A stretch of 64,000 bases of DNA from Octopus vulgaris (taxonomy: Eukaryota). Below are positions 13,520-25,630 of the stretch, piece after piece; within the stretch, counting starts at the first letter, position 1; each line of letters opens with the position of its first letter. The position numbers and the translations under genes were made by a program. Under the pieces are notes generated by a model, which saw only the letters and a list, made by a program, of their open reading frames with translations, was not told where the DNA came from and did not search any database. The DNA is taken from NCBI GenBank assembly GCA_951406725.2, contig OX597837.1:2108001-2172000 (forward strand), read 5' to 3'.

Positions 13520-13945
13520 GTTCTCCAATAATGCAGGCGTCCTATGTGCATTGTAGGAGTTCCATTCGCTTTATTTTTGCCCAGTAATATCCACTTTTTG
13601 ATAAATTCACCGCGGGAGAGCATTTTTGTCTCTACTCTCACTTTCGTTTCGATGAGACCCCTCCAAAAGAGGAAGGTATCTGTACTCAATGCTTTCCGCC
13701 TCGTCCACCACACAACCCCTTTCGCTAGGCCTACAAGACAGAAGAACACTGCCTGTTTTGCCTTGTCGAAGAATGGCAGAGCGGGATTCATCTTAAATGC
13801 GGACTCAGCCGATTGCTGAATTCGTCTTACACATAACAACAGCTGTTCAAAATAAATCCGCAAGAGGGCAAGGCTGAGATCCTCCACGAGTGCGTACAGA
13901 ACAGTTTCCTCGCACTGCGAGGTTGAAACCTGGCTACTTGGATTA
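13520..13945 (-). mobile_element. Tx1/L1-like LINE ORF2 3' end remnant
   Basis: ORF 13468..13953(-): 'CEETVLYALV' (decayed CCHC), 'AKGVVWWTRRK', 'KVRVETKMLSRGEFIKKW', resembling Tx1-clade ORF2 C-termini. Confidence 0.6.
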
Positions 13946-14154
13946 TCAGTCAAAATAATTCGGGATTAAGCAAATCTATAATGATGATACCTAACTTTGT
14001 GGCTGAGTAGTTGTATCACTATCAGCATCGGACTCCAATTGCTAAACAATGGTAAGTTTTAGCATTGAAATCTGTGATTTCCAAAAGAAATCAGAATCGT
14101 GTTTATATAAAGTAGGTCGAAAGACACAAGAAAGTTTCAATACTTAGTAACTGA

Positions 14155-14310
14155 TATGTCCTGAGTTCAAATTCCGCCACAATCGTTTTTTCCCTTCAGC
14201 CTTTCATGATCGATAGAATAGATAGCAATAGAGTGCTGAGGTCGACGTAATCGACTTAACACCCCTCCCCTCCCTCGAAATTGCTGGCCTTGTTCCAAAA
14301 TTTGAAAGCA
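14155..14310 (+). mobile_element. SINE family A fragment
   Basis: 'ctgagttcaaattccgcc...gtcgacgtaatcgactt...ggccttgttccaaaatttgaa'. Confidence 0.7.
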
Positions 14311-15208
14311 ATATTTAGTAACTGATATGGTTGTTTGTTTTGAATTTACAATACGTAAACATCAGACATAGGTTATAAAAGAAATAAATGAACGGCAGGG
14401 GTGGGGAAACCTCATATTTCGTTAATGGCGGCCATTAGAAGAAACGTTAAAAATCACGAACTCATTTGTATCTGATTTTAGAGGAGAGCAAGCGAGATAA
14501 TGGAGACTAAGGGAGGAGAGAGAAAGAGAGAGAGAGAATGACTACAGGGTATTGGCAATATTTCTACTACAACTACTGCTGCTGCTTCGTGAGTTCAAAT
14601 CCCGCTGAATTAAGGTCAATTTTGCCTTTCACTCATTTGAGGCCGAGAAAACAAAGTGTTAGTCAAGTACCTGGATCTTTGGCACCGATTAAAGGTCTTC
14701 CTTTTAAAACTGCAGGCTTTGTGCCTTCTACTACTACAACTAAAACTACATGTAGTATTTGCAATGATAGTGGAAACGGTAGTGGTGGTGGTATTTGTTA
14801 TTATTTTTCATTTCTTTTCGTTTTTCTTTTTTCTTAACAGTAAAAGATATTGAAAGCAAGATGGCAGATAATGTCACTTCAGTGTTTTAAAAAACAAAAA
14901 AAAAAAAAGAGCTTCTGTATGTATTCGGTAAGGGAGATGTACTGAGAGAGAAAAGGTGTGAATACAAGAGATAAGAATTAGCGAAAGCAGAAGTAAGACA
15001 TGGGGAGGATAAGAGAGAGAGAGAGAGAGAGAGAGAGTAAAGGAGTGAGAGATTAAGGTAAGGTGCAGATGAAGGTAAATGAGATGGTCATCAATTCGAT
15101 GTAATTATATGCAAGATGTCAAACTTATTGTGCAGGTGGCGAGGTGGATAGATATAGAGTCACTGATATACTCTCTCTCTCTCTCTCTTTCTCCACACAC
15201 ATACACGT

Positions 15209-15264
<56 letters not shown>

Positions 15265-15903
15265 ATGTGCTCACATTTATATATTCAATGTATGTTTCTG
15301 TGTGCACACATGCGTATATTCACATAGACATATACATACATACATACATACATACATTCACAGAGAGAGAGAGATGGTTTTATCTTTAGATTTAGAACGA
15401 GTAAAACAAAAACAAATAAAATATAATGAACGAGAATACGAAGGCCGAGACGGACCAGAAAGTCAAATACATTGAGGATTAGCGAGAGGAAATTACTGTT
15501 CAGACGGAAGTGCAGGGAATTTTGGCAGAAACTGAAATTAAATGTAAATTAGAGGCGTATGCTGGCAGTAAATATTCTTTAAAAATCTTTGAATCATTCA
15601 ACCGAATCCGAGCGTATCCAGAGATCCGCCGGGGATTCCATAAAACTAAGTGATTTCTTCAAACTTCATTGACTTTTTTCGTTTTATTTCAATTATTTCA
15701 TTCTCTTTTTAGTTTCACTTTCAGTTTTACAGAAGACTGGCAAGAAATTCTGAATTTAGTTTTATATACCCTTTTGTTTTATATAATCCTTTTTTAACGC
15801 ATCTCGTATTTCGCACCGTTTTAGGGGTTTTTTTTATCTCTCTCTTTCGTCTAAATTATTTCGTAATAATTTTTTTGCAAGAATTTGTTCTTTGTTTTAC
15901 ATC

Positions 15904-15963
<60 letters not shown>

Positions 15964-16795
15964 TGTTGTAGCAAATGCTTGCGTCAGTTTCTTTCTTTTT
16001 TTTGCGTAAAGTAGAACTTTTATTAATTAAAATAGAAAAAAATAAAGCGGCCACTGTATCAATCACTTTACGAATCAACGCGGTGAGATCGATGCGAATG
16101 GAGACACACCTCGTTCGCAACGTATTTTACTTTATTTTATTTATTCATTCGTTTATTTATTTCAATTTTTTTTTTAGTAATGTTGCAGGATTTCAAAATA
16201 AGAAAATATTTAAATGGCAACAAAAATTAACTCGCAACGCATTTTAATGAAGTTTAATTGCATTTAAGATAAATTATGCTGGGAAAGGATGTTACGTGGC
16301 AGAGGTAGAGTCACAGTTTTATTGATATACATTACGGCAGAGCTAAGTCATGGCTAATCTGATTATTATGCAAACGATTTAAAATATTTGTTGACGGATA
16401 TATGCTAATGCGTGTATATATGTGCATAAACTGTGCGCATGTGTGTATATTTGGGCATGTATATGTATGTGTGTGTGTGTGTGTCTGCGTGTGTTTCTGT
16501 TAAATTAAAACACTAGCAATTTATATCTATGTATATATGTGTATGTGCATGTATTTATATACTAGCTCAGGCACACATATGCATGTATATGTGTATGTAT
16601 GTATGTATGTATGTATGTATGTATGCATGTGTGTATGTATGCATGTGTGTATGTATATAAGTATGTATGTATATATATATATAACTATACACATATATAC
16701 AAATACATGTAAATATATATATATTTACACACACATTTATATGTGTATAGTTGTACATACAGATATACGTATGGATATATTTGAGTTTCTGTCTA

Positions 16796-16856
<61 letters not shown>

Positions 16857-17460
16857 AATAGCTTTTAACATTTATCTCACACCTTTCATTTGCCCTTAAT
16901 ATCTGAATTGGCACTTAAAATTCCCGTAAACCGTTACGTTTTCAATCTCACCCAAACTTCATATAATAAATTATTTCTCGTAATTTTTCTTCCGTAGATT
17001 TATGACATTTGCGCCTGCAATATCATAATGGACTCAAAATTCATATCTTTTACATTTTAAGTCTCTGAATTTCTTTTTCTTTTTCTCGTTCCATCACACA
17101 TCAACTTTTAAGAGCAAATTATTCGGTAGCCATGTTTCGTTTTCCTTTTCTTTTCAGGTTGATTCCATGCATTGAAGAGTCCATCAATGGATCAGTTTTG
17201 CAGTTAACAGTTTCAAGATTCGATCTCACTGTCTGATACATTGGTAATTGAGAGGTTCTCCTTTTATAACAGCAGGGGTATTTCAATGTGTGATAATATA
17301 AGTTTTATAAATAATATTTATAATTAAAAGTTGTACCAGAGAATTTTTTGCATGAAGTGTACATATATATATAACTTAATTTGTCGTATATATACGCATC
17401 TTTCTCTAGCATTCATTCTCCCTCTCTCTTCTCTCCTTTCCTTATTATCTCACACACACA

Positions 17461-17540
<80 letters not shown>

Positions 17541-17542
<2 letters not shown>

Positions 17543-17931
17543 AATGTCTGAGCGAGGTATAAACAGTAGCTGCACGATATCTTAAAGTGTATTTGCCACT
17601 TAAATGTGACTAACCCTTAAAGGTTGATTCTACTGCAGCTTGTAGCTCCCGGAAGACATCTCCTCCAGCTGGCTATCGACACACTGTCTGTGCCCTGTCA
17701 TTATTTGTAAAGGGAAGTCATCGTTCCCCTCTCCAGCCTGACGTGATACACACGGACCCGAGTTTCTGGATATTGACCCGTCATCAGCGTGTGACAACCA
17801 CCAGCTTGCGATGGGAAGTGGTTCTCAATGCAAATATATATATATAGTCACTGATCTCGAAAAAGTGTAAACAAGCAATAATAAATCTCTGAGCGAGGTA
17901 TAAGCAGTAGCTGCAAGACATCGTGAAGTGT
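17541..17931 (-). mobile_element. Non-coding HHR-bearing element (PLE pseudo-LTR/retrozyme-like) with 50-bp direct repeats 341 bp apart
   Basis: 'taaatgtctgagcgaggtataaacagtagctgca' at 17541 recurs as 'taaatctctgagcgaggtataagcagtagctgca' at 17882; contains an HHR; (TA)n on the left and internally at ~17834-17846. Confidence 0.7.
17749..17793 (-). ncRNA. Type I hammerhead ribozyme motif
   Basis: Minus strand: cacacg CTGATGA cgggtcaatatcca GAAAC tcgg GTC cgtgtg. Perfect 6-bp stem I, intact core, minimal stem III, GUC triplet; the stem II closing pair is mismatched (C/A). Confidence 0.85.
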
Positions 17932-17974
17932 GTGTCTATACATAGATACGCTCAGAGAATTATTATTGCTTGCT

Positions 17975-18191
17975 CTTGCTCTTTTGCTCTTTTGCTTGTT
18001 TCAGTCATTTGACTGCGGCCATGCTGGAGCACCGCCTTTAGTCGAGCAAATCGACCCCGGGACTTATTCTTTGTAAGCCCAGTACTTATTCTATTGGTCT
18101 CTTTTGCCGAACCGCTAAGTGACGGGGACGTAAACACACCAGCATCGGTTGTCAAGCAATGCTAGGGGGACAAACACAGACACACAAACAA

Positions 18192-18226
<35 letters not shown>

Positions 18227-18322
18227 ACAGGCTTCTTTCAGTTTCCGTCTACCAAATCCACTCACAAGGCATTGGTCGGCCCGGGGCTATAGCAGAAGAC
18301 ACTTGCCGAAGGTGCCACGCAG
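17975..18322 (-). mobile_element. SINE family B, lacking its head, inserted into a fold-back arm
   Basis: 'ttgtttcagtcatttgactgcggccatgctggagcaccgcc...gacacttgccgaaggtgccacgcag'. Confidence 0.85.
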
Positions 18323-18431
18323 CCACTCCTTTTTCGAGATCAGCCACACCTTTTCGAGATCAGTGACTTTTCGTCACTGGAAAAAGGATATATATATATA
18401 TACAATAATATGTTACATTACTCAATAGTCA

Positions 18432-18491
18432 AGATAAAACTCTGAGTTTCAGATGCCGAAGTGGGAATCCACGACATCTCTTCAGTTATCT
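18432..18491 (-). ncRNA. HHR motif in inverted pseudo-LTR
   Basis: Minus strand: agataa CTGAAGA gatgtcg-tggattcccactt-cggcatc t GAAAC tcaga GTT ttatct; 6-bp stem I, 7-bp stem II. Confidence 0.75.
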
Positions 18492-19935
18492 GGCTATTTG
18501 AAAACGCTATGAAAAAATACCGTTATACAAAGGGAAATTACTGTGTTATAACTCTGCTTGCCTGATGGGGCATGCATCTGCGATCTAATTGGACTTTTTC
18601 TCCTAGATACCTTAGGTAAGACATTCCCTGACGTACATTTCGCCATCTACAAAGATGATGCCCTCGCCTTAACAGCTAATACAAATGGACCAGCACAAGA
18701 TCGTTTTAGGAAGGATATTATCCAGTTAATGAAATACTTCGGACTTAGTATAACTATATATACTAACCTGACGGCTGTCAATTTCTTAGATGTTTCCTTA
18801 GATCTTAATAAGAATATTTATAAGTCTTATAGGAAGCCCAATAATAGACTAAGTTATATTAATGTAGGTTCATGCCATCCCCCTATAGTATTCAAAAATT
18901 TAGTTAAAAATATTAGTAAGAGGATTTCTAGCCTCTCCTCTGATAAAGACATCTTCAATAGCGTTGCCCCAGTTTATAATAAGGCTTTAAAAGATAGTGG
19001 TTTTAGTGAGAAAATAAAATATACACCCATTACTAGCCCACCAGTAAGGAAAAGGAATAATAGAAATAGGAAGGTCATCTGGTTTACGCCCCCTTACTCA
19101 CCCGAGGTGGCCTTCAATATAGGTAAATATTTCCTGGCACTGATAGACAGACATTTTCCAGTTAACCATACTTATAGGAAACTCTTCAATAGACACAATT
19201 TTAAAATTAGTTTTAGTTCCACTACCAATTTTTAAAACATAATCAAACATAACATACAAAAAACACAAGAAAACAGCTGTTCATGCAGGAATAAAGAATT
19301 ATGCCCGCTAAATGGAGCTTGCATGTCCAAGACCATCATATATGAAGCTACCGTAAACTCTATAACCACTAAAGACACCGTTTCGACGAAGAGATACGTG
19401 GGCCTTACAGAGGGTAACTTCAAGGCCAGGTTCAATAACCACACTGAGCTTTAGGCACTGGAACAAAAGAAAAGCGACACAATTATCTAATCATATTTGG
19501 TCTTTAAAAGATGAAGGTGTCGATTATAACATACATTGGAAGATTTTTGCCAGATGTAAGCCCTATACCAACCCAGCGGAAGGTGCGGTCTATGCGACAT
19601 GGAGAGATGGCTTAACTGGAAAAGCAGCTTAGACCCTACTACATGTCTAAACACAAGGACATAACTTTTCGGATCATGCCCACATGTGACTAAATTTCTG
19701 TTACGTTTTTGGTCCCCTAAAGAAAACAGATAGAACATGCTTTCTATGTTATGTCCCAAGAAGATTTTATATATTTTTATATATTTTTTATATATTTTTA
19801 TGTATTTTTATGTATTTTTATATAATTTTTATGGCGAAAAATGCGAGCGATGTATAAGTACGCAGGCAAGCAGAGTTATAACACAGTAATTTCCCTTTGT
19901 ATAACGGTATTTTTTCATAGCGTTTTCAAATAGCC

Positions 19936-19995
19936 AGATAACCGAAGAGATGTCGTGGATTCCCACTTCGGCATCTGAAACTGAGAGTTTTATCT
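19936..19995 (+). ncRNA. HHR motif in 3' pseudo-LTR (core variant CCGAAGA)
   Basis: agataa CCGAAGA gatgtcg...cggcatc t GAAAC tgaga GTT ttatct. Confidence 0.65.
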
Positions 19996-20096
19996 TGACT
20001 ATTGAGTAATGTAACATATTATTATTGTATAGATAAATTTCCTCTATTTACATAATATTGAGGTCTCTTTCTTTCTTTTGTTATCTTACCGTTTTA

Positions 20097-20162
<66 letters not shown>

Positions 20163-20167
<5 letters not shown>

Positions 20168-20510
20168 TAATCCCTCGACTATCGCGTTTGTTACGTTCCA
20201 AAACCCCCGCGATAGGTGAAAATCCCCGAAGTAAAATCAGTACTGTACTGTATTTTTTTAATCATTTTTATAATTTGTATATATTTATTTTATTATAAAT
20301 GCAAAATAATACCACACACTCGCTTCCCGAGTTTTGTTTTCCATACAGTATTTGTGATTCTTTGTAAACTCATCTATGGTACGTAACGTATTTTCTTTTA
20401 ATATATTTTAATAATGTGTTTTTATTTATTAATTTAAGGCGTAAAAATGCTTATTTTACCAACGAAATAATTAAAATCAAGAAAAATATAAAATACCTGC
20501 CGACCTGCAG
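20163..20510 (+). mobile_element. pogo/Tigger-like MITE left portion
   Basis: 'TA-CAGTAATCCCTCGactatcgcg...cccccgcgataggtgaaaatcc' resembles Tigger-type termini at a TA site; right TIR not seen. Confidence 0.55.
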
Positions 20511-20529
20511 ATTTTTATCATTATTTTTA

Positions 20530-20705
20530 AGGCGGCCAGACGGCAGAGTCGTTAGCACGCCAGGCGAAAGGCTTAGTGACAGTTCATCCGAGGTCAACTT
20601 TGCCTTTCATCTTTTCGGGGTGGATAAATTAAGTACCGGTTGAGTACTGGGGTCGATTCTCACCCTCCCTACAAAATCCCGGCCTTGTGCCTATAGTAGA
20701 AAGGA
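20530..20705 (+). mobile_element. SINE family A
   Basis: 'gtcgttagcacgccaggcgaaag...gaggtcaactttgcctttcatc...aagtaccggttgagtactggggtcgat'. Confidence 0.75.
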
Positions 20706-20797
20706 TTATCATTATTGCTAAGGCAGCGAAAGGGGAGAGCTGACAGAGTTGTTGACACGCGGGACGAAATGCTTAGCGGTATTCTACCCATCGCTAC

Positions 20798-20882
20798 GTT
20801 CAAATTTTGCCGAGGTTCAAATTTTGCCGAGGTTCAAATTTTGCCGAGGTTCAAATTTTGCCAAGGTGAAATTTTGCCGAGG
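20798..20882 (+). repeat. 5 x 17-bp tandem repeat (gttcaaattttgccgag) within a SINE A head
   Basis: Direct reading; the unit is the SINE B-box region. Confidence 0.9.
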
Positions 20883-21034
20883 TCTATGCCAGCTCGACGC
20901 CTTATCAGAAAGCAATATGATCAAAATTTGAGGGAAATAAAGATAATTTAGGTGACGTGTGTCATTGTTGACCTCTTTCAAATTCTTTTACTTCCCTTTC
21001 TTTTTCTTTCTCCCAACCCCTTTCTCCCTCTCTT

Positions 21035-21075
<41 letters not shown>

Positions 21076-21354
21076 AACACGCACACACATTCTCTCTGTC
21101 TCTCTCACACACACCCGCTTTCGCCCTCCATTTTGCACTCTCTCACATATTCACACATACTATCTCATTCTCTTTCTGAATATTTTTCTGTCGCTCATGA
21201 CCCTCTCTCTCTCTACTTCTCATTTTTTCTTCTCATACATAACAGACACACTATGTGTGTGTGTGTGTGTGTGTATCGTTCTCTCATTCTTTCAGTCACT
21301 CACATAAACATACTCTCCTTCTTCCCATCTCTCTTTCACACACAAGCACACACA

Positions 21355-21449
<95 letters not shown>

Positions 21450-21549
21450 TACATATATATATATGTATATATATGTATGTATGTATATATGTATATATAT
21501 GTATACATATTTATGTGTATATATGTCTATATGTGTGTGTTTGTACGTA

Positions 21550-21600
<51 letters not shown>

Positions 21601-21716
21601 GTATATTTATATATATATCGTTCTCTCTTTTTCTCTATCCCTTACAAAAACACTCTCTCTCTCTCTCTTCCTCTCTCCTTCATACAACAAACATGCACAA
21701 ACTCTCTCTTTCTCTG

Positions 21717-21755
<39 letters not shown>

Positions 21756-21984
21756 TTAACATCTTTCCTTCTCTCTGTCACACACTCACACACACACACA
21801 CACACAGATTATCTCTCTCTTGTCCCCCGCCCTCCCCATTCTTTACAAGACTAATACAGAATGAAGGTTTCAATCCCACCTCCCCCTACACATCACCTCA
21901 TAAACATCCTCCGGCGCTTGTTCTGTTGAATCATAATTAAAATTCCTTTACAATGTCATGTTGTGACCCTCATGCTGTTCTTTA

Positions 21985-22440
21985 CCTTCAGTTGTTGTTG
22001 TTGTTGCTTGTCTTATTACAGTTGCTAATATCGACGGTGATGTTTTTTGTTTTGTTGTTTCTGCTGTTATTACTGGTGTTGTTGTTGTTGGTGGTGGTTG
22101 TGGTGATCGCCTTGTAGTCGTAGGGGTAATGTTGCTATTGATAATAATGCTGATGGTTGTGGTGGTGGCGGTGCTGATGGTGGACGTGGCATTTGGTTGA
22201 TGGTGGTGGGGGTTGTTGGTGGTGGTAGTGAAAATGGTGTTGTTGTTGTTGTGGAGGTAGTAGTTCTTGCCTGTGGTGGTGTTAGTGGTGGTGGTGTTAG
22301 CATTGTCGCTGGCGTTGATGGTGGTGGTTGTGATGCTGATGGTAGTGTGGGTGGTGGTGGTGGCGGTAGTGATAATATACCAGTGGTACATTTGTGGTGC
22401 TGTGAAGGGGATGCTATGTTCTTGATGTGATGATGTTTAT
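21985..22440. repeat. Degenerate (GGT/GTT)n low-complexity tract
   Basis: Direct reading. Confidence 0.85.
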
Positions 22441-22511
22441 GCTCCACTCACTATGTTGTAATGGTCCCCGGCTGAAAGTTAACCAGTTTTCAAATAGATT
22501 TTCTTGTCTCA

Positions 22512-22890
22512 AAGGCGATGAGCTGGCAGAAACGTTAGCGCGCCGGGCGAAATGCGTAGCCGTATTTCGTCTGCCGTTACGTTCTGAGTTCAAATTCCGC
22601 CGAGGTCGACTTTGGATTTCATCCTTCATCCTATGCACTGGGGTCGATGTAATCGACTTAATCCGTTTGTCTGTCCTTGTTTGTCCTCTCTGTGTTTAGC
22701 CCCTTGTGGGTAGTAAAGAAATAGGTATTTCGTCTGTCATTATGTTCTGAGTTCAAATTCCGCCGGGCATCGACTTCGTCTTTCATCCTTTTGAGGTCGA
22801 TAAATTAAGTACCAGTTGCGTACTAGGGTCGATCTAAACAACTGGCTGCTCCCCCAAAACTTTCGAGCCTTGTGCCTAGAATAGAAAAGA
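22512..22890 (+). mobile_element. SINE family A, long dimer-like form
   Basis: 'ggcgatgagctggcagaaacgttagcgcgccgggcgaaatgc...' with two B-box/core blocks, as at 8836-9225. Confidence 0.85.
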
Positions 22891-22940
22891 TTTTGTCTCA
22901 TTTCAAATTTTCTTAACAAAAATATTCCCATAATACACGC

Positions 22941-22991
<51 letters not shown>

Positions 22992-23314
22992 CGTGTGTGT
23001 GTCTCTTTTGCAACCATGTTTTACTGTGTATAATGAGACTGAAGGAACCTTAAGCAATTTCTTCTACTCCTACCATAATGGAAGTCCCAATCAACCCAAT
23101 ATGGTAAAGTAATTTGACTAAACTAAAGCCATTGACTTTCAACGGAAAATTCTTGTTGTTTATGACACAATTTCACACACCTTCTAGTAACCTTCATATA
23201 TACATACATACACACACTCACATAGAGATAGATACATATACATAGACACACACATATATATATATACATCCATACAAACATACGCATAAAAAGACGTGCA
23301 CCCTTTATTTTCTT

Positions 23315-23374
<60 letters not shown>

Positions 23375-23578
23375 CACACACTTATACATATAAATACACA
23401 CACGTATGCATATTTTTAAATATGCACACACATACACCTATATGTGGGTATATAGAAAGAGAGAGGGAGGGAGCTGTGTGCCTGAGTGTGTGTGGTGGGG
23501 TATGTGTATATATAGAGAGAGACAGACTGACAGACAGACAGAGAATCTGAGAGTTGTGTGTTTGTGTTTGTGTGTGTG

Positions 23579-23672
<94 letters not shown>

Positions 23673-24170
23673 TGTCTGTCTGTCTGTCTGTCTGTGTGTG
23701 TGTGTTTGTGTACGCAATGAATTCCAATTTATGTTCCTGATTTTCATTCTCGTTTTTTTTCTTATTTTCTTTTGTTTTTCAATTACAACTTCGTTCATTC
23801 AGTCATTCATTCACTCATTTATTCATTCATTCATTCATATTCCTTTTTCTCCTTCCTTTCTGACAAGCATATTTTTTCATTTCTCATTTTAAACTTTTTT
23901 TCCCCTCGTTTGCTTCATTAAATCGCCATTTTTTAAAATATTTTTATTCCTTTTTATTATTCTCTCTATTCTTTCATTCACCTCATTCTGACTCATTATT
24001 GACTCAATCTTCCACACATTTCCTATCATCTTCTTTCATGTTTACTTTCTTTTCTCTTTCCATTCGAAATTTCCTTCTCTTTCTTTGTTTGGTTCCTGTA
24101 TTTATTAATTTATCTATTTTTCTCTTTTGTCTTTCTTAATTTTTTTCGTTTGCTTATATTTTTTGTGTAT

Positions 24171-24231
<61 letters not shown>

Positions 24232-24849
24232 TATTATTATTATTATCATTATAATTGTGCTGTTGTTGTTTTTGTTGTAATTCTCATGTTTCGTTTTAAT
24301 TAATTGAAACTAGCTCCGCATCAAAATCAAAATTGAAAACATCGTTAAACGCCGGCAACAATAATAACAATGACAACACACAAACAACAACAACAACAGC
24401 AATAATAGTAATAATGATAATGATGATGATGATGATGATGACAGTAACAACAACAATAACAAGAACAACAATGTAGCAAATCAAAACAACATTATCAGCA
24501 ACGGAGCTATGAAGAAAATACATGAAGACGAGCGTCAAGCTCAAAATAAAAAGCAACAATAATAACAAGAACAACGGAAATAACATCGACATAAGCAGAA
24601 ACATCATCATCATCCTAATCATTATCGTCATCATCAACATCATCATCAACGTCATCAACGTCATCATTGTCAACAACAGCACCTACAGCAACAACACGAA
24701 CAACAGAAAATGAACAAGAGCAGAAAACGGAATACAGGAAACGGTCTCCAACGTGGCTACGTGAACCGCTAGAAATAGCAGCCAAAGTTCACGCAAATTT
24801 CAAAACTATAATCTTGAATTCAGTGAGCGGTTGCAACAGTTGGAATACC

Positions 24850-25067
24850 TTTTCTTTTATTCTTTTACTTGTTTCAGCCTTTTGACTGCGGCCAAGCTGG
24901 AGCATCGCATTGAAGCATTTTTGTGGAATGAATCGACCCCAGGAATTCTTTTATAAAGCGTAGTACTTATTCTATCGATTCTTTGACCCAACCGCTAGAT
25001 TACAGGGACGCAAGCACACCAACATTGGTGATAGTTGGAAAACAAGCACATATACAAAGACATACAG

Positions 25068-25104
<37 letters not shown>

Positions 25105-25252
25105 GAGAGAGAGAGAGAAGCTTCATTCAGTTTCCCTCTACCAAATCCACTCACAAGGCTTTGGTCGGCACGAGGCTATAGTAGAAGACTGTATTGAAAC
25201 CGAAGCCATGTGGTTGGGATGCAAGCTTCTTAACACACAGCCACACCTGCTC
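24850..25252 (-). mobile_element. SINE family B
   Basis: Same head and tail motifs as 10165-10577. Confidence 0.8.
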
Positions 25253-25339
25253 CTTGGGTCATAAGTCTGCTTAAACAAGGATGACCTGGAGTTAAAGAAT
25301 AATAACTACAACAGAAAAACATTATCAGTTTTTCCATCA

Positions 25340-25630
25340 GTAGGTGGTGGGCTCCTTATCTGGGAAACCACATGCTGCGACACCTTCCCCGGTGGCAACC
25401 TGGTGTGGCCAGCTGCTTGCCCGGGCTTCGCTGCTCATCAAACCGAGAAGGGCAAAATGCTCTATGGAAGATTTCTGGTTGAGCCTGAGATTTCCGGCAT
25501 TCTGGCCCCTAGACTATATCCTTCCTCACTACTATCGGAACAGAGATAGATTTTCACAAGTGCGTGACCCGTGTATTGGAGTGACTGTTCCTATGTGTTT
25601 CCCTAGCCATCCTCCGGGACAATGCCTTTT
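25340..25630 (+). mobile_element. CRE-like RLE retrotransposon C-terminal remnant
   Basis: Reads 'GGLLIWETTCCDTF...GFAAHQTEKGK' and later 'VSLAILRDNA', compared with recalled CRE-type 'LVWDATCVDT...AE..K' and 'LSIAIQRGNA'. Confidence 0.6.

Larger units (their letters stand above)
18400..20100 (+). mobile_element. Penelope-like element, 5'-truncated, with inverted 5' pseudo-LTR
   Basis: ORF 18558..19235: RT 'DGACICDLIGLFLL', 'IYKDDAL', 'VNFLDVSLDL', 'YRKPN'. Frameshifted GIY-YIG 'CSCRNKELCPLNGAC..IIYEATV..RYVGLTEGNFKARFNNH'. 18400-18562 is the reverse complement of ~19862-20030. Flanked by (TA)n. Confidence 0.95.

Noticed and set aside
20798-20882. CRISPR-like array
   Set aside because: Head-to-tail 17-mers with no spacers, derived from a SINE; eukaryotic context with no cas genes.
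21948-22447. Thr/Pro-rich mucin-like ORFs
   Set aside because: Degenerate (GGT)n tract open in several frames, with no splice or domain support.
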